Assembly (NCBI GenBank): GCA_026023565.1
Contig: JAPETS010000002.1
Coordinates: 620,001 to 684,000 of the forward strand
Source of the DNA: Cirrosporium novae-zelandiae
Taxonomy: Eukaryota
Direction of reading: 5' to 3'
DNA: 64,000 bases
Positions 63,451 to 64,000 of this stretch are shown here, piece after piece (position 1 is the first letter of the stretch; the number at the start of each line of letters is the position of its first letter). The translations under genes and the position numbers were made by a program. The notes below the pieces were generated by a model, which saw nothing but the letters and a program-made list of their open reading frames with translations, made no database searches and had not been told where the DNA came from.

Positions 63451-64000
63451 ATGCTCTCCGCCTTTACTGCTCGCCCAATCGTCGAGCTACGCCAACGCGA
63501 TAAATCCAAGATCGAATCTTTGCTTGCTTATGGTGAGCTCTTCCACCTATATTCCTAGACCTACAGATAGAGACTCACATTATTCAGGTGATCGGATCCT
63601 TGTCGGTCTGAATAGCGGTAGCCTCAGAATATACCGAGTCCTTGAAGTATCAGATGATGCTCCCGTCAAGAATACCGCGAACTCCGAAGACAACAGTTCT
63701 GAACCACCACCAAAGCCTCGACCGAACGAACTTCTTCGAGAGCAGGAAAGGTTTTCCAGACATAAGATCGAACAGCTCGCTATAATTAAAGAAGCAAATA
63801 TACTTGTTTCACTTTCGAATGGCTATGTCTCCCTTCACGATTTGCAAACCTATGACCTACAGCAGCAGCTCAGCAAGACAAGAGGTGCCGTTGCCTTTGC
63901 TGTGACATCAAATATCGAAAGAGATGAAGCCACAGATATTCCTTCTATAGTATCTAGGTTAGCAGTGGCAGTGAAACGAAGGCTGCTGCTGTGGACATGG
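63451..64000 (+). CDS. VPS39: HOPS subunit Vps39/Vam6 (AvaB), 5' part only, truncated by the window end; exons 63451-63532, 63588->64000
   Basis: Manual translation gives MLSAFTARPIVELRQRDKSKIESLLAY|GDRILVGLNSGSLRIYRV...KIEQLAIIKEANILVSLS...SRLAVAVKRRLLLWTW (start of the CNH domain). Intron 63533-63587. Not in the ORF track. Confidence 0.9.

Overview
Gene-dense, intron-containing eukaryotic DNA from a filamentous ascomycete (Pezizomycotina-type short GT-AG introns with CTRAY branch sites); the species cannot be determined from the sequence. I can reconstruct 21 protein-coding genes. In order: a COG2907/UfaD-like FAD oxidoreductase, GH55 and GH12 secreted glycosidases, the Nup98-Nup96 precursor, complex I 51-kDa subunit, an orphan 200-aa protein, Ctf8, a Dabb stress protein, a Gyp5-like RabGAP, Bet4, an Ama1/Cdc20-family APC/C activator, Utp5, a TAP-like alpha/beta hydrolase, Bdf1, Rvb1, mitochondrial bL28m, an ADAM protease, a GH63 (YMR196W-like) glycosidase, ATP synthase OSCP, a PpoA-type dioxygenase-P450 fusion, and the 5' end of Vps39. 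I found no transposon, tRNA, rRNA, CRISPR array or secondary-metabolite backbone gene. This is mostly ordinary core genome and I see no clear new multi-gene system. The best leads are at the RNA level. They are a probable unannotated spliced non-coding transcript with a 4-nt micro-exon at 19.3-19.8 kb, a retention-prone intron that would give Nup98 without Nup96, two GC-AG introns (NDUFV1, BDF1), several AAG acceptors, and a palindrome next to a 43-bp tandem duplication in the ppo/VPS39 divergent promoter. All family calls come from motif recognition by eye, not database searches.
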